DNA of 64,000 nucleotides, from positions 96,001-160,000 of the forward strand of contig JBCBUK010000007.1 in assembly GCA_039818205.1 (NCBI GenBank), written 5' to 3'. The DNA is from Verrucomicrobiota bacterium. Its GTDB lineage: Bacteria > Verrucomicrobiota > Verrucomicrobiia > Opitutales > Cerasicoccaceae. The position numbers and the translations under genes were made by a program. The notes below the pieces were generated by a model that saw only the letters and a list, made by a program, of their open reading frames with translations, was not told the DNA's origin and ran no database searches. This document shows, in pieces, positions 19,878 through 28,895 of the stretch (positions within the stretch are counted from its first letter, which is position 1; the number at the start of each line of letters is the position of its first letter).

Positions 19878-21449
19878 GTGAAAACCGCTGAATCCGCACA
19901 AGAGTTTCTCACCTTCGCCGCCGACTTCCAACTGGGTGGGTTGACAACTGAGCAGCCGCATCCAATCACCGCCCAGCTCTCCGAAGCGTGTATCGACGAC
20001 CTCCCGCAGGCAATCCAGTTGCTCAAACAAGTCGACATCGATGCTTTTGCCCAACTTTCGACCAAGATGGAGCCAGCAGAGCAGCTCGTCTCCGAGATCC
20101 GGACTTGCTGGGCCAACGGTGGTCGAGTGTTCCTCGCAGGTTGCGGGGCCACTGGGCGTCTATCGCTTGCCCTTGAGGTCTTCTGTCGAGATGGATTGGT
20201 CCCGATCGAGCTCCAAGAAAACGTAATCGGATTCATGGCTGGCGGGGATGCGGCATTGATTCGTTCCATCGAGGGTTTTGAAGACTTTCCAGAATACGGA
20301 GCCCAGCAATTAAAGGAACTAGACTTTCGACCAGTTGATCTGCTCATTGCATCGACCGAAGGCGGCGAGACGCCCTGGGTCATTGGAGCGACCCTAGCCG
20401 CAGCCGAAATTAGCCAGCAGTCGCCCTGGTTTTGCTACTGCAATCCCGATGATGAGCTCCACCAGAAGGTGGAACGTTCGCGCCGCGTATTGGACAACCC
20501 TGGCATCAATAAATGGAACCTTGCGGTTGGCCCAATGGGAATCGCCGGAAGCACGCGCATGCAGGCTAGTACCGTTCTACAATATGCCATCGGGCTCGCC
20601 CTCGAATCTGCCGGACAAACCACGTATCAACCAATGAGCATTAGGCAACGAGTCGTAGACTTCGCCTCGACCCTTAGCGGTAGTGATTGGAAATTTCTGG
20701 CAGAGTTCATTGAGCGCGAAAGTGAAATCTATGAGCAGGACGACCACGTGCTTTACGTGACGGATGAGCTCGGTGTAAGCGTGTTGACCGATACCACCGA
20801 ACGCTCACCAACCTTCTCGCTTCCGATCTTTGAGAACTATCAGCAGGGTTCGACGAATGACCCACGCAGTCTTTGCTATCTCTGCCTGCCCAACGAACCA
20901 GCGTCTCACCTCGCGTGGAAACGTCTACTCCGCCGCGAGCCCCGCTGCCTCGACTGGCCCGCGGATCTTCCCGTCACCAGATTGCAACAACTCATCGGCT
21001 ATGACATTAGTTCGCAGGCTGCGCACAATCGCGCCGTCTCGTGCGGTGAAGCCAGACATCATTGTTTTGCCATCGACGTCGTCGATGACGCCATCGTCTG
21101 GAGTCTGGGCCGCCTTGCTGCCGAGGCCGTTCCCTCCAAACTCCCTTTCTTGGAATCGCAAATGCTGCTTAAAATGTTACTCAACACCCATTCGACGATT
21201 CTGATGGGACGCATGGGTCGCTACGAAGGCAACCTGATGACTTACGTCAAACCGAGTAACAATAAGCTCATTGATCGGGCGATTCGCTACATTCGAATGC
21301 TCTTCGAGCGTAAAACCGGAACAACTATCGACTACGATGCTGTCTGCCATGAATTGTTCCGACAACGCGAATTGCTGGCACCCGCTGAGCCAATTGTGTT
21401 GAAGACGCTCGAGCAATTTCTGCCGAAAAAGCCCATTGACGCTGGTTGA
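19878..21449 (+). CDS. Long SIS-domain protein related to MurQ / glucokinase regulatory protein
   Basis: 'LTTEQPHP', 'GCGATGRL', 'AGGDAALIRSIEGFED', 'GSTRMQA', 'NLMTYVKPSNNKLIDRA'. Confidence 0.8.
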   Translation: MKTAESAQEFLTFAADFQLGGLTTEQPHPITAQLSEACIDDLPQAIQLLKQVDIDAFAQLSTKMEPAEQLVSEIRTCWANGGRVFLAGCGATGRLSLALEVFCRDGLVPIELQENVIGFMAGGDAALIRSIEGFEDFPEYGAQQLKELDFRPVDLLIASTEGGETPWVIGATLAAAEISQQSPWFCYCNPDDELHQKVERSRRVLDNPGINKWNLAVGPMGIAGSTRMQASTVLQYAIGLALESAGQTTYQPMSIRQRVVDFASTLSGSDWKFLAEFIERESEIYEQDDHVLYVTDELGVSVLTDTTERSPTFSLPIFENYQQGSTNDPRSLCYLCLPNEPASHLAWKRLLRREPRCLDWPADLPVTRLQQLIGYDISSQAAHNRAVSCGEARHHCFAIDVVDDAIVWSLGRLAAEAVPSKLPFLESQMLLKMLLNTHSTILMGRMGRYEGNLMTYVKPSNNKLIDRAIRYIRMLFERKTGTTIDYDAVCHELFRQRELLAPAEPIVLKTLEQFLPKKPIDAG

Positions 21450-21477
21450 TACGCAAGACAGAACCGAACGACCTACC

Positions 21478-23178
21478 ATGCAGCTCATACCAGAACCCAA
21501 AAAAGTTAAGTCAACCGCCGGAAACTGCCCGATCGATATCGAGGCACAGATCCTAATTGGCGAAGGCGACCTTCCCAGCGAAGGCTATCAGCTGACGATA
21601 AGCCCGGACGCGATCACCATCGAAGCACGCGATCCGGCAGGCGCTTTTTATGGCACCCAAACCCTCGAACAACTGCGCGAGCTAAGCGACGGAACCCAAC
21701 TGGATTGCCAGAAGATTTCCGACCATCCGGATTTCCCAGTTCGCGGCTACATGCTCGATATCTCGAGGGATCGCGTCCCCACCATGGATCACCTCAGGCG
21801 ACTGATCGATATGTTGGCCAAGCTTCGCTACAACCAGTTGCAACTCTACACCGAGCATACCTTTGCTTACGCTGGCCACGAAACGGTTTGGGGCATGGCC
21901 TCACCCATGACGGCCGATGAGATTGAGTCCCTCGACGCCTATTGCCAGGAACGGCATATCGAGCTCGTCGCGAATCAAAACTCCTTTGGCCACATGGAAC
22001 GCTGGCTCAAGCACCCGGAATACCAGCACCTAGCCGAGTGTCCTGATGGCTTCGACCACCCCAGTGGCGAGCGCCGCACGGCTGGGAGCGTCCTGCGCCC
22101 CAACGAGCAGAGCCTACAGTTTCTCGGTGAGCTCTATGCGGAACTGCTCCCCCACTTTAGTAGCCACAAGATCAATATCGGAGGTGACGAGCCTTGGGAG
22201 CTTGGTCTTGGCTGGAGTGCGCCCCTTGTGGAGGTCGAAGGCAAGCATACCGTCTACGTCCGATTCCTTCGCCGGATATGTGAGCTCGCCGAACAACACG
22301 GTGCCCAGGCGCTATGCTGGGCCGACATTCTCCTGGAGCATCCGGAGTTCATCGACGAGCTGCCCAAGACGGTCACCCCCATCATTTGGGGCTATGAGCC
22401 GAATCACGCCTTCGACCGCCAATGCGAAGTATTTTCCGAAGCCGACCACCCATTCTACGTCGCACCGGGAGACTCGACCTGGAACAGCTTTACCGGCCGT
22501 TTTCGCAGCATGATCGAGAACGTGCGCTCCGCAACGCGCCACGCCCTGCGGCACAAAGCCAAGGGAGTCTTGATGACCCATTGGGGCGACAATGGACACC
22601 AGCAACCGTGGCCCACCGCATTTCCTGGTATGGTCGCCTGCGGCCTCTTTTCCTGGAACGGTGATGCGCCCAGCAACCTCGACATTAAGCGGCAAATCAA
22701 CCATCTCTTCTTTCGGGACGAAAATGATACTGCTGCCGGTATTCTGTTGGAGTTGAGCGATCTCGACCACCCCATTCCGGTAAAGCTTCCCAACCAAAGC
22801 TTCCTGTCCGCCAGTGTTCGCATGAATCCGCCTGAACTAAAAGCGAAACTAGAAGACTGCCCAGACACTCCGCTGAACGATCTCATTACGCAAACCTGGG
22901 AATGGGAAGCGGCCCTGAGTAAGTGCAAGCTTGAGGCTCCCGACGCGCCTTGGCTTATCGAGGAGCTTAGTTGGATGATTGCGATGAGCCGGTGGGCCGC
23001 GCAGCGCTGTCTTGCAATCAAGACCGCGCCCTCGATCGAAAACTTCTCGTTGTCTTCGTCTTTGAAGTCCGACTTGAGCCACCTAATCGGAGTATTCGAA
23101 ACTACCTGGGTGTGCCGGAGCCGGGTTGGCGGTCTCGTTGAAAGCTCCGGGAGACTCCGCACACTCCTCGCTGAATAG
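21478..23178 (+). CDS. GH20 beta-N-acetylhexosaminidase
   Basis: 'DHPDFPVRGYMLDISR' and catalytic 'NIGGDE'. Confidence 0.9.
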   Translation: MQLIPEPKKVKSTAGNCPIDIEAQILIGEGDLPSEGYQLTISPDAITIEARDPAGAFYGTQTLEQLRELSDGTQLDCQKISDHPDFPVRGYMLDISRDRVPTMDHLRRLIDMLAKLRYNQLQLYTEHTFAYAGHETVWGMASPMTADEIESLDAYCQERHIELVANQNSFGHMERWLKHPEYQHLAECPDGFDHPSGERRTAGSVLRPNEQSLQFLGELYAELLPHFSSHKINIGGDEPWELGLGWSAPLVEVEGKHTVYVRFLRRICELAEQHGAQALCWADILLEHPEFIDELPKTVTPIIWGYEPNHAFDRQCEVFSEADHPFYVAPGDSTWNSFTGRFRSMIENVRSATRHALRHKAKGVLMTHWGDNGHQQPWPTAFPGMVACGLFSWNGDAPSNLDIKRQINHLFFRDENDTAAGILLELSDLDHPIPVKLPNQSFLSASVRMNPPELKAKLEDCPDTPLNDLITQTWEWEAALSKCKLEAPDAPWLIEELSWMIAMSRWAAQRCLAIKTAPSIENFSLSSSLKSDLSHLIGVFETTWVCRSRVGGLVESSGRLRTLLAE

Positions 23179-23263
23179 ACGAGACAGGAATTCCCGAGCC
23201 GATTTGCTGAACTCTACAATTGACGCCTTCCCGCGGCTCACGAGCATGACGAATGATATGGGC

Positions 23264-24607
23264 ATGGACGAACCCGAAGAAATTAAAGCACTACGCAACG
23301 CATTAGCGTTTTCCCCGGAAAATGTGGCTCTCCGCCAACACCTTGGCTCCCGCCTGTTGAAACTCGGACGTTTCACCGCCGCAGAGCAGGAGTTTCGCGA
23401 GGCACTCAAGTGGGACAAAGGCAACGTTGAACTCAACGTGTTGCTGGCTGAGGCTTATTTCCAACAAGGCAAGCAATCCGAAGCCGAGGTCATCCTGGAA
23501 TCCTTGGAGCGGGCAAAAACTCTGTCGGTCACCGGGCGGCTACTCTACGTCAAGGTCCTCTGCCAAACGACCGAGCTCGTCAAAGCTGCAAACATCTACA
23601 AGGAGATTCTCGACGACTATCCGGAAATGGCGGATGAGTCGCTTGATGCTGAACTTGAACCCTTCCTTGCGGACGATCTGGAAGAAGACGACGAGCCCCA
23701 GCGGTTACACGCAGGCGACATCCCTGGCAATGGCTTCATCGAATCCGAGAGCCCGGAAATCAAATTTGACCACGTCGGCGGGATGGACTCCGTCAAGGAA
23801 CAGATCCGTATGAAGGTCATCCATCCATTGGCCAATGCTGACCTGTTCAAGGCCTACGGCAAAAGCGTGGGCGGTGGAATCCTCCTCTATGGCCCTCCCG
23901 GCTGCGGTAAAACACTGCTTGCCCGGGCGACTGCGGGCGAGGTTCAAGCCAGCTTCATGTCCGTTGGCCTGCACGATGTGCTGGACATGTGGATTGGTCA
24001 AAGTGAGAAAAACCTTCACCTGATCTTTGAGCAAGCACGTCAGAACAACCCGAGCGTTCTATTCTTTGACGAGGTCGACGCCCTTGGAGCCAGCCGCAGC
24101 AATCTCAAGGAAAGCGCGGGCCGGAATACGATTAACCAGTTCCTCGCCGAGCTCGATGGTATCGACTCCCAGAACGAGGGGCTCCTCGTGCTCGCCGCAA
24201 CCAATGCTCCCTGGCATTTGGATTCCGCATTTCGCCGACCGGGTCGCTTTGACCGGATTATCTTCGTCCCGCCACCCGATCTACCCGCCCGGGCCGCTAT
24301 CCTCAAGGTCATGCTAACGGACAAGCCCACAGATCGTATCGACTTTGAAGCGGTTGCCAAAAAGACGGATGGTTTTTCCGGTGCCGACCTCAAAGGCTTG
24401 GTTGATGACGCGATCGAAGCGAAGCTCGAGGAAGCGATGCGTAAAGGCGATTTGGTCCCCGTCACGACCAAAGATTTGATCAAGTCGGCTAAGCGCATCA
24501 AGCCGAGCACACGCGAGTGGTTTGCCACTGCGAAAAACTACGCTCTTTATGCAAACCAAAGTGGTCTCTACGACGACATCCTTGAACACCTAAAAACGAA
24601 ACGGTAA
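23264..24607 (+). CDS. AAA+ ATPase with N-terminal TPRs
   Basis: Walker A GPPGCGKT, Walker B FFDE, SRH 'ATNAPWHLDSAFRRPGRFD'; start position uncertain. Confidence 0.9.
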   Translation: MDEPEEIKALRNALAFSPENVALRQHLGSRLLKLGRFTAAEQEFREALKWDKGNVELNVLLAEAYFQQGKQSEAEVILESLERAKTLSVTGRLLYVKVLCQTTELVKAANIYKEILDDYPEMADESLDAELEPFLADDLEEDDEPQRLHAGDIPGNGFIESESPEIKFDHVGGMDSVKEQIRMKVIHPLANADLFKAYGKSVGGGILLYGPPGCGKTLLARATAGEVQASFMSVGLHDVLDMWIGQSEKNLHLIFEQARQNNPSVLFFDEVDALGASRSNLKESAGRNTINQFLAELDGIDSQNEGLLVLAATNAPWHLDSAFRRPGRFDRIIFVPPPDLPARAAILKVMLTDKPTDRIDFEAVAKKTDGFSGADLKGLVDDAIEAKLEEAMRKGDLVPVTTKDLIKSAKRIKPSTREWFATAKNYALYANQSGLYDDILEHLKTKR

Positions 24608-25851
24608 TGTCGAGTTCCATTGATCGAGCACTCACCCTTCTATCGATAAGCCGGTTCAAGGAAGCTCAGGAGGCTGCTCAGGAAGCCCTTGCTTCCGACC
24701 CGTCGTCAATCCAGGCCTACCTAGTTATTGCCCAAGCAGCTCTTCAACTGGACAAGCTTGATGAAGCCCTCAATGCAGCAAACCAGGCAATTGGCCTAGC
24801 ACCTGAACTTGCCCCATGCTTCCAGGTTCGCGCACGTATTCAATTGGCTCGCAAGAAGTATAAGGCAGCAGTTGAAGACTGCCAACAAGCCTTGGAAATC
24901 GATCCGCATTCGGCATCTACATTTGGGGTCCTCGCTTGGTGTTTCATTGGGCAAAGTGATTGGAAGAAGGCCCTGGAAGCCGCCGAGCAAGGTTTGGAGG
25001 AAGATCCAGAAGACACGATTTGCCAAAATGCCCGAGCTCGCTCATTGATGTTTCTCAAGCAGACCGATCAGGCGTTTCAGAGCATTGACTCCATGCTCGC
25101 ACGCGACCCGGAGAACCCTGTGACCCATACCCTTGCCGGTTGGGCAAAGCTACAGGCGAAACAGCACGATGAGGCGTTAAAACATTTCTCCGAGGCGCTA
25201 CGGCAGGACCCCAATCTCGGATACGCTCGAGAGGGTTTAATCACGGCCATGAAAGCCAAGAATCCGATCTACGGCGCGCTACTCTCCTACTCGTTTTTCA
25301 TGGCGGGCCTGAAGCCCGGCACTCAATTTGCCGTGCTGATCGGTGGCTTCATTGCCTACCAAGTCATCGTACGGAGCCTTGCGGCTAGTGGCTATCCTCT
25401 CTTGGCCGCTATCGTCGTTGCTATCTGGATGATCCTCGTGGTGCTGACCTGGGCCGGCGACGCAATCTTCAACATGCTGCTGCTTTTCCACCCGTTTGGT
25501 CGCATGGTTCTGTCGACCAGCCAAAAGTGGATATCTGCCGGCGTAGCAGCCGTAGTAGCTGCTGGATTGGGTGTCATGTTCGCGTCATTCTTTGCGGTGC
25601 CGAACCTCCTGTTTACGGGACTCGGGTTGATGCTCGTGTGCCTTCCCCTCGCCTTCGCCCTGCGGCTGGAAGGCCGATCACAGATGATCTCCCTGGGCAT
25701 TGCAGGTGCCTGCACAGCCGCATTGCTTGGTTCAGCAATCATGATGCTATCCGGTAGTACATCCGAGAACGCCGAAAACCTTCAGCGCCTGGCTCTCTAC
25801 GCTTTAATCGCCTTCAGCTGGATTGGCCCGTCGGCCCTTAAGCGGATTTAA
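24607..25851 (+). CDS. TPR-repeat protein with C-terminal multi-pass membrane domain
   Basis: About six TPR-like repeats followed by several hydrophobic helices; TAATG overlap with the AAA gene. Confidence 0.85.
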   Translation: MSSSIDRALTLLSISRFKEAQEAAQEALASDPSSIQAYLVIAQAALQLDKLDEALNAANQAIGLAPELAPCFQVRARIQLARKKYKAAVEDCQQALEIDPHSASTFGVLAWCFIGQSDWKKALEAAEQGLEEDPEDTICQNARARSLMFLKQTDQAFQSIDSMLARDPENPVTHTLAGWAKLQAKQHDEALKHFSEALRQDPNLGYAREGLITAMKAKNPIYGALLSYSFFMAGLKPGTQFAVLIGGFIAYQVIVRSLAASGYPLLAAIVVAIWMILVVLTWAGDAIFNMLLLFHPFGRMVLSTSQKWISAGVAAVVAAGLGVMFASFFAVPNLLFTGLGLMLVCLPLAFALRLEGRSQMISLGIAGACTAALLGSAIMMLSGSTSENAENLQRLALYALIAFSWIGPSALKRI

Positions 25852-25858
25852 ATCGCAC

Positions 25859-26500
25859 CTAGAGTTCGTCCGACAAGGCGACGCAGAACTCGACCATACG
25901 TTCGACCTGCTCACGTGCCTGCGACTGGTAAGGCAGCCCAACTTGAAGAAAGGTAATGACGCCATCGTGCAGGCTAAGAAAGCCTTCGATGCCAATCCAT
26001 TCACCTTCGACTCGCGAACGCCACTGGTCGTTGATCAACGCAACGGCTTCGTCTGGAGAATTGCTCCGAAGAGAGTATTTTGCCTCAAAGCGCTGATCGC
26101 CCGTTTGAGCTTCCTTGAGTCGGCCCAATTGGCCCAGGCGTCCCGTTAGGTTTCGCTGCGCCAAGGTAAACTGAAAATCGGGCTTCGCCTTGGTCGACAC
26201 CCGAATCGCGATGTCCGTCTGGCGGGTGTTATCTAAGCCATAACCCTTGGGGAAAATGGAAATCTCATGCCCTTTAAAACGGCCATAAAGTGTGGGGTTA
26301 CGACGGTAGAGCCCGTACATCGTCGCCTCAGGAATCGTTAGCTCCAAATCGAACTTGTCCGCCAATATGCGAAACTGTTCGACCAGTTTTCCATGTTGAC
26401 CGAGGTTGTAGCGAAGCGCCGCAGCAGCAGCAATCGCTAGCAACGTTAGCATGCCCGCAAGCACTAGCCACAATTCTGTCGATCCTGGTTCAGATTCCAT
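25859..26500 (-). CDS. Hypothetical protein with N-terminal TM helix
   Basis: 213-aa ORF that fills the gap between neighbours. Confidence 0.7.
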   Translation of the reverse strand: MESEPGSTELWLVLAGMLTLLAIAAAAALRYNLGQHGKLVEQFRILADKFDLELTIPEATMYGLYRRNPTLYGRFKGHEISIFPKGYGLDNTRQTDIAIRVSTKAKPDFQFTLAQRNLTGRLGQLGRLKEAQTGDQRFEAKYSLRSNSPDEAVALINDQWRSRVEGEWIGIEGFLSLHDGVITFLQVGLPYQSQAREQVERMVEFCVALSDEL

Positions 26501-26548
26501 CTCAGCAAAGGTAGGTCAGCATTCGAAGACATCCAAGCGAAAACCCAC

Positions 26549-27700
26549 TTAGCGGACTTCCAGAATCAACCCTTTCAAATAGTGGCTCTCGGGCATATTC
26601 AGCAAGGCCGGGTGATCGGCTGGCTGCCCGGTTACCTCCATCAAGCGCACATCCTTGCGCACATCGGCCGCGGCGAGCCGAGCGACCTCAAGGACGTCCG
26701 ACAGTCCCACGCTTTGGGAACAAGAATAAGTCGCCAGAATCCCGCCCTTGCTAAGCAACTGCATCGCCCGAAGGTTCAATTCCTTGTAGCCCCGAAGCGC
26801 TCCACCCAAGGAGCGCTTGTTGCGAGCAAAACTCGGTGGGTCGAGAACGATTAGATCAAACGAAGCTTTCCGGTTTTCCGTGAACCAATCGAACATATTT
26901 GCCTCCTGAACCTCGATCGCTAACTGGTTCTTGCCGGCGTTCATCTTTGCCGCGTTGACGCATTCCGCCGAGATATCCACGGCTAGCACCGAAGCCGCAC
27001 CCGCCTTGGCGCAATGCAGGGCGAATCCTCCTTGGTTGCAAAACGCATCAAGCACCCGGCGACCTGACGCCATCTGCGCGATTCGACGATGCTGGACTCG
27101 CTGGTCCAGAAAGAAGCCCGTTTTCTGGCCGCCATACAAATCAACAAAGTAGTCGATCGAATCGATCCCATACCACTGCGCCGGGAGCGCATCCCCCGAG
27201 CGGGTCGACACCTCCAGCGGCAATCCTTCATGCTGACGGCTCGGAGCATCGTTACGATAAACAATCTCGGACGGGTTCAATTGTTCGGTAAGAACTGCTT
27301 CAATGTCTGCTCGGCGCTTGTCCATTCCGAGCGTCAACAACTGGACAACCAATACCTTGTCAAACTGATCAACCACCAGCCCCGGGAGGCAATCAGCCTC
27401 AGACCAAATCAAGCGACGAAACGCTTCATTCTCGCGGCGCCCAATGGCGGCCTTTACCAAGTGCCCCAAGTAATCGCGATCGAGATTTGCAGATTCGGTG
27501 GAGAAACGACGCCAGACAATCTGAGAGTTGCCGTTGAACAGGCCAGTGCCGAGCGTTCGGCCTCGCGAATCTTTCAACTCGACGGCTTCGCCGTTGTGGC
27601 TGGCGGGCAGCAGTTTAGCAATATCGCTGGTATATGCCCAAGGGTGTCCTTGAGTCGCTCGTGGGCCTTTGCCCGGTTTTAACTGAATTGAAGGAAGCAT
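26549..27700 (-). CDS. rlmI: Class I SAM-dependent rRNA methyltransferase (RlmI-like)
   Basis: PUA-type 'GHPWAY', 'GQKTGFFLDQR', 'FDLIVLDPPSF', 'YLKG'. Confidence 0.85.
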   Translation of the reverse strand: MLPSIQLKPGKGPRATQGHPWAYTSDIAKLLPASHNGEAVELKDSRGRTLGTGLFNGNSQIVWRRFSTESANLDRDYLGHLVKAAIGRRENEAFRRLIWSEADCLPGLVVDQFDKVLVVQLLTLGMDKRRADIEAVLTEQLNPSEIVYRNDAPSRQHEGLPLEVSTRSGDALPAQWYGIDSIDYFVDLYGGQKTGFFLDQRVQHRRIAQMASGRRVLDAFCNQGGFALHCAKAGAASVLAVDISAECVNAAKMNAGKNQLAIEVQEANMFDWFTENRKASFDLIVLDPPSFARNKRSLGGALRGYKELNLRAMQLLSKGGILATYSCSQSVGLSDVLEVARLAAADVRKDVRLMEVTGQPADHPALLNMPESHYLKGLILEVR

Positions 27701-27729
27701 TGAAAAAACTCTATTAGATTGAATGTCGG

Positions 27730-28839
27730 TTAAACGACTTTGCGGAAAAACCAGCACGATAAGATCAACATGAACCCAAAGGGTACCCACACAGCAACGG
27801 AAAGCGGAATAACGGCTTGTGCTCCTAGAACTCGACAAACCTCTTCCAGTGCAAAAAAGAAGACGAAGAATCCCAGCGATTTCGCCACGCCGACCACGGG
27901 ATTGACCCGCACGCCCGCAACCGCAAAAGGAACTGCAATACCCACCATTACCAAGCAGGAAAGTGGCTGCGAAAGGATACGTTGCTCGCGCACCTGATAC
28001 GTCAAACGCCGCGGATGATCGCTGCTTGTCATCGTGAGCAGGCGCTGGATCTCATCAAACGAAAGGTCTTCGGGCTCCGCATTCAAGGCCTGCATCAACC
28101 ACGGGTCCTCAGTCAACTCGGGGTAGGAACGATTCTCGAACCCATGGGAATAGTAGGTCTCTCCACTATCAGAATCGAATCGCAACTCACGGCCATTCAC
28201 GAAAACCCAGTGGCTATCGACATCGTCAAAGTATGCCTCTTCACCCATTATCCGACGCACCTCTTGGCCACGATCATCACGTTCATAAACGGTTACCCCA
28301 AAGCCGTCATACGAGTACTCGCTGAACTTATTCATGAACCAAAGGCGTCGGTCGTGCTGGTTGTCAAAAGACATCAGAGGCACAATACCCACCATGCGCG
28401 GACCAAAGATCTCAGACTCGTAGTTCATTCGCCAATTGCTACGGATCAAACGACTCTGTTCGACCGAGTACGGTACAATTGATGCGTTGAGCCCGAGCAG
28501 CAACAAAGCCAGCAATCCACCGACCAGCCAAAGCGATCGGGTAATCGTGAAGAGGTGAAGTCCGCTCGCCCGCATTGCCGTGATCTCGCTGTTGCGGTGC
28601 AAATTCCCGAGTGTAAATAGAATCGAGATGAGCAGCCCGATCGGGATAATCAAAGGTAAGAAACTGGGAATGAGGAAGGCATAATATTCCAAGACTTCCA
28701 TCGCTCCAGCGCCCCAGTTCAAATAGTCCTCCAGGTCGTCTTGAATATCCTCGAGAATCAGAACCCCGAGCATGGCGAGAACGGCCAAAGCAAATGCTTT
28801 GAGCCACTCCGCAAAAACATAGCGATCCAAGAGACGCAT
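27730..28839 (-). CDS. LptF/LptG family LPS export permease
   Basis: 'MRLLDRYV', 'SEITAMRASG'; 3 TM + periplasmic domain + 3 TM. Confidence 0.9.
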   Translation of the reverse strand: MRLLDRYVFAEWLKAFALAVLAMLGVLILEDIQDDLEDYLNWGAGAMEVLEYYAFLIPSFLPLIIPIGLLISILFTLGNLHRNSEITAMRASGLHLFTITRSLWLVGGLLALLLLGLNASIVPYSVEQSRLIRSNWRMNYESEIFGPRMVGIVPLMSFDNQHDRRLWFMNKFSEYSYDGFGVTVYERDDRGQEVRRIMGEEAYFDDVDSHWVFVNGRELRFDSDSGETYYSHGFENRSYPELTEDPWLMQALNAEPEDLSFDEIQRLLTMTSSDHPRRLTYQVREQRILSQPLSCLVMVGIAVPFAVAGVRVNPVVGVAKSLGFFVFFFALEEVCRVLGAQAVIPLSVAVWVPFGFMLILSCWFFRKVV

Positions 28840-28895
28840 GAGGGAAGCATGGGCCGGAAACCCGCCGTGGAAAGCTAAATCAGCCTGAGTCAGGC

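Noticed and set aside
23126..23263. Extended N-terminus of the AAA ATPase
   Set aside because: It overlaps the GH20 gene end and looks non-coding; a later ATG is more plausible.
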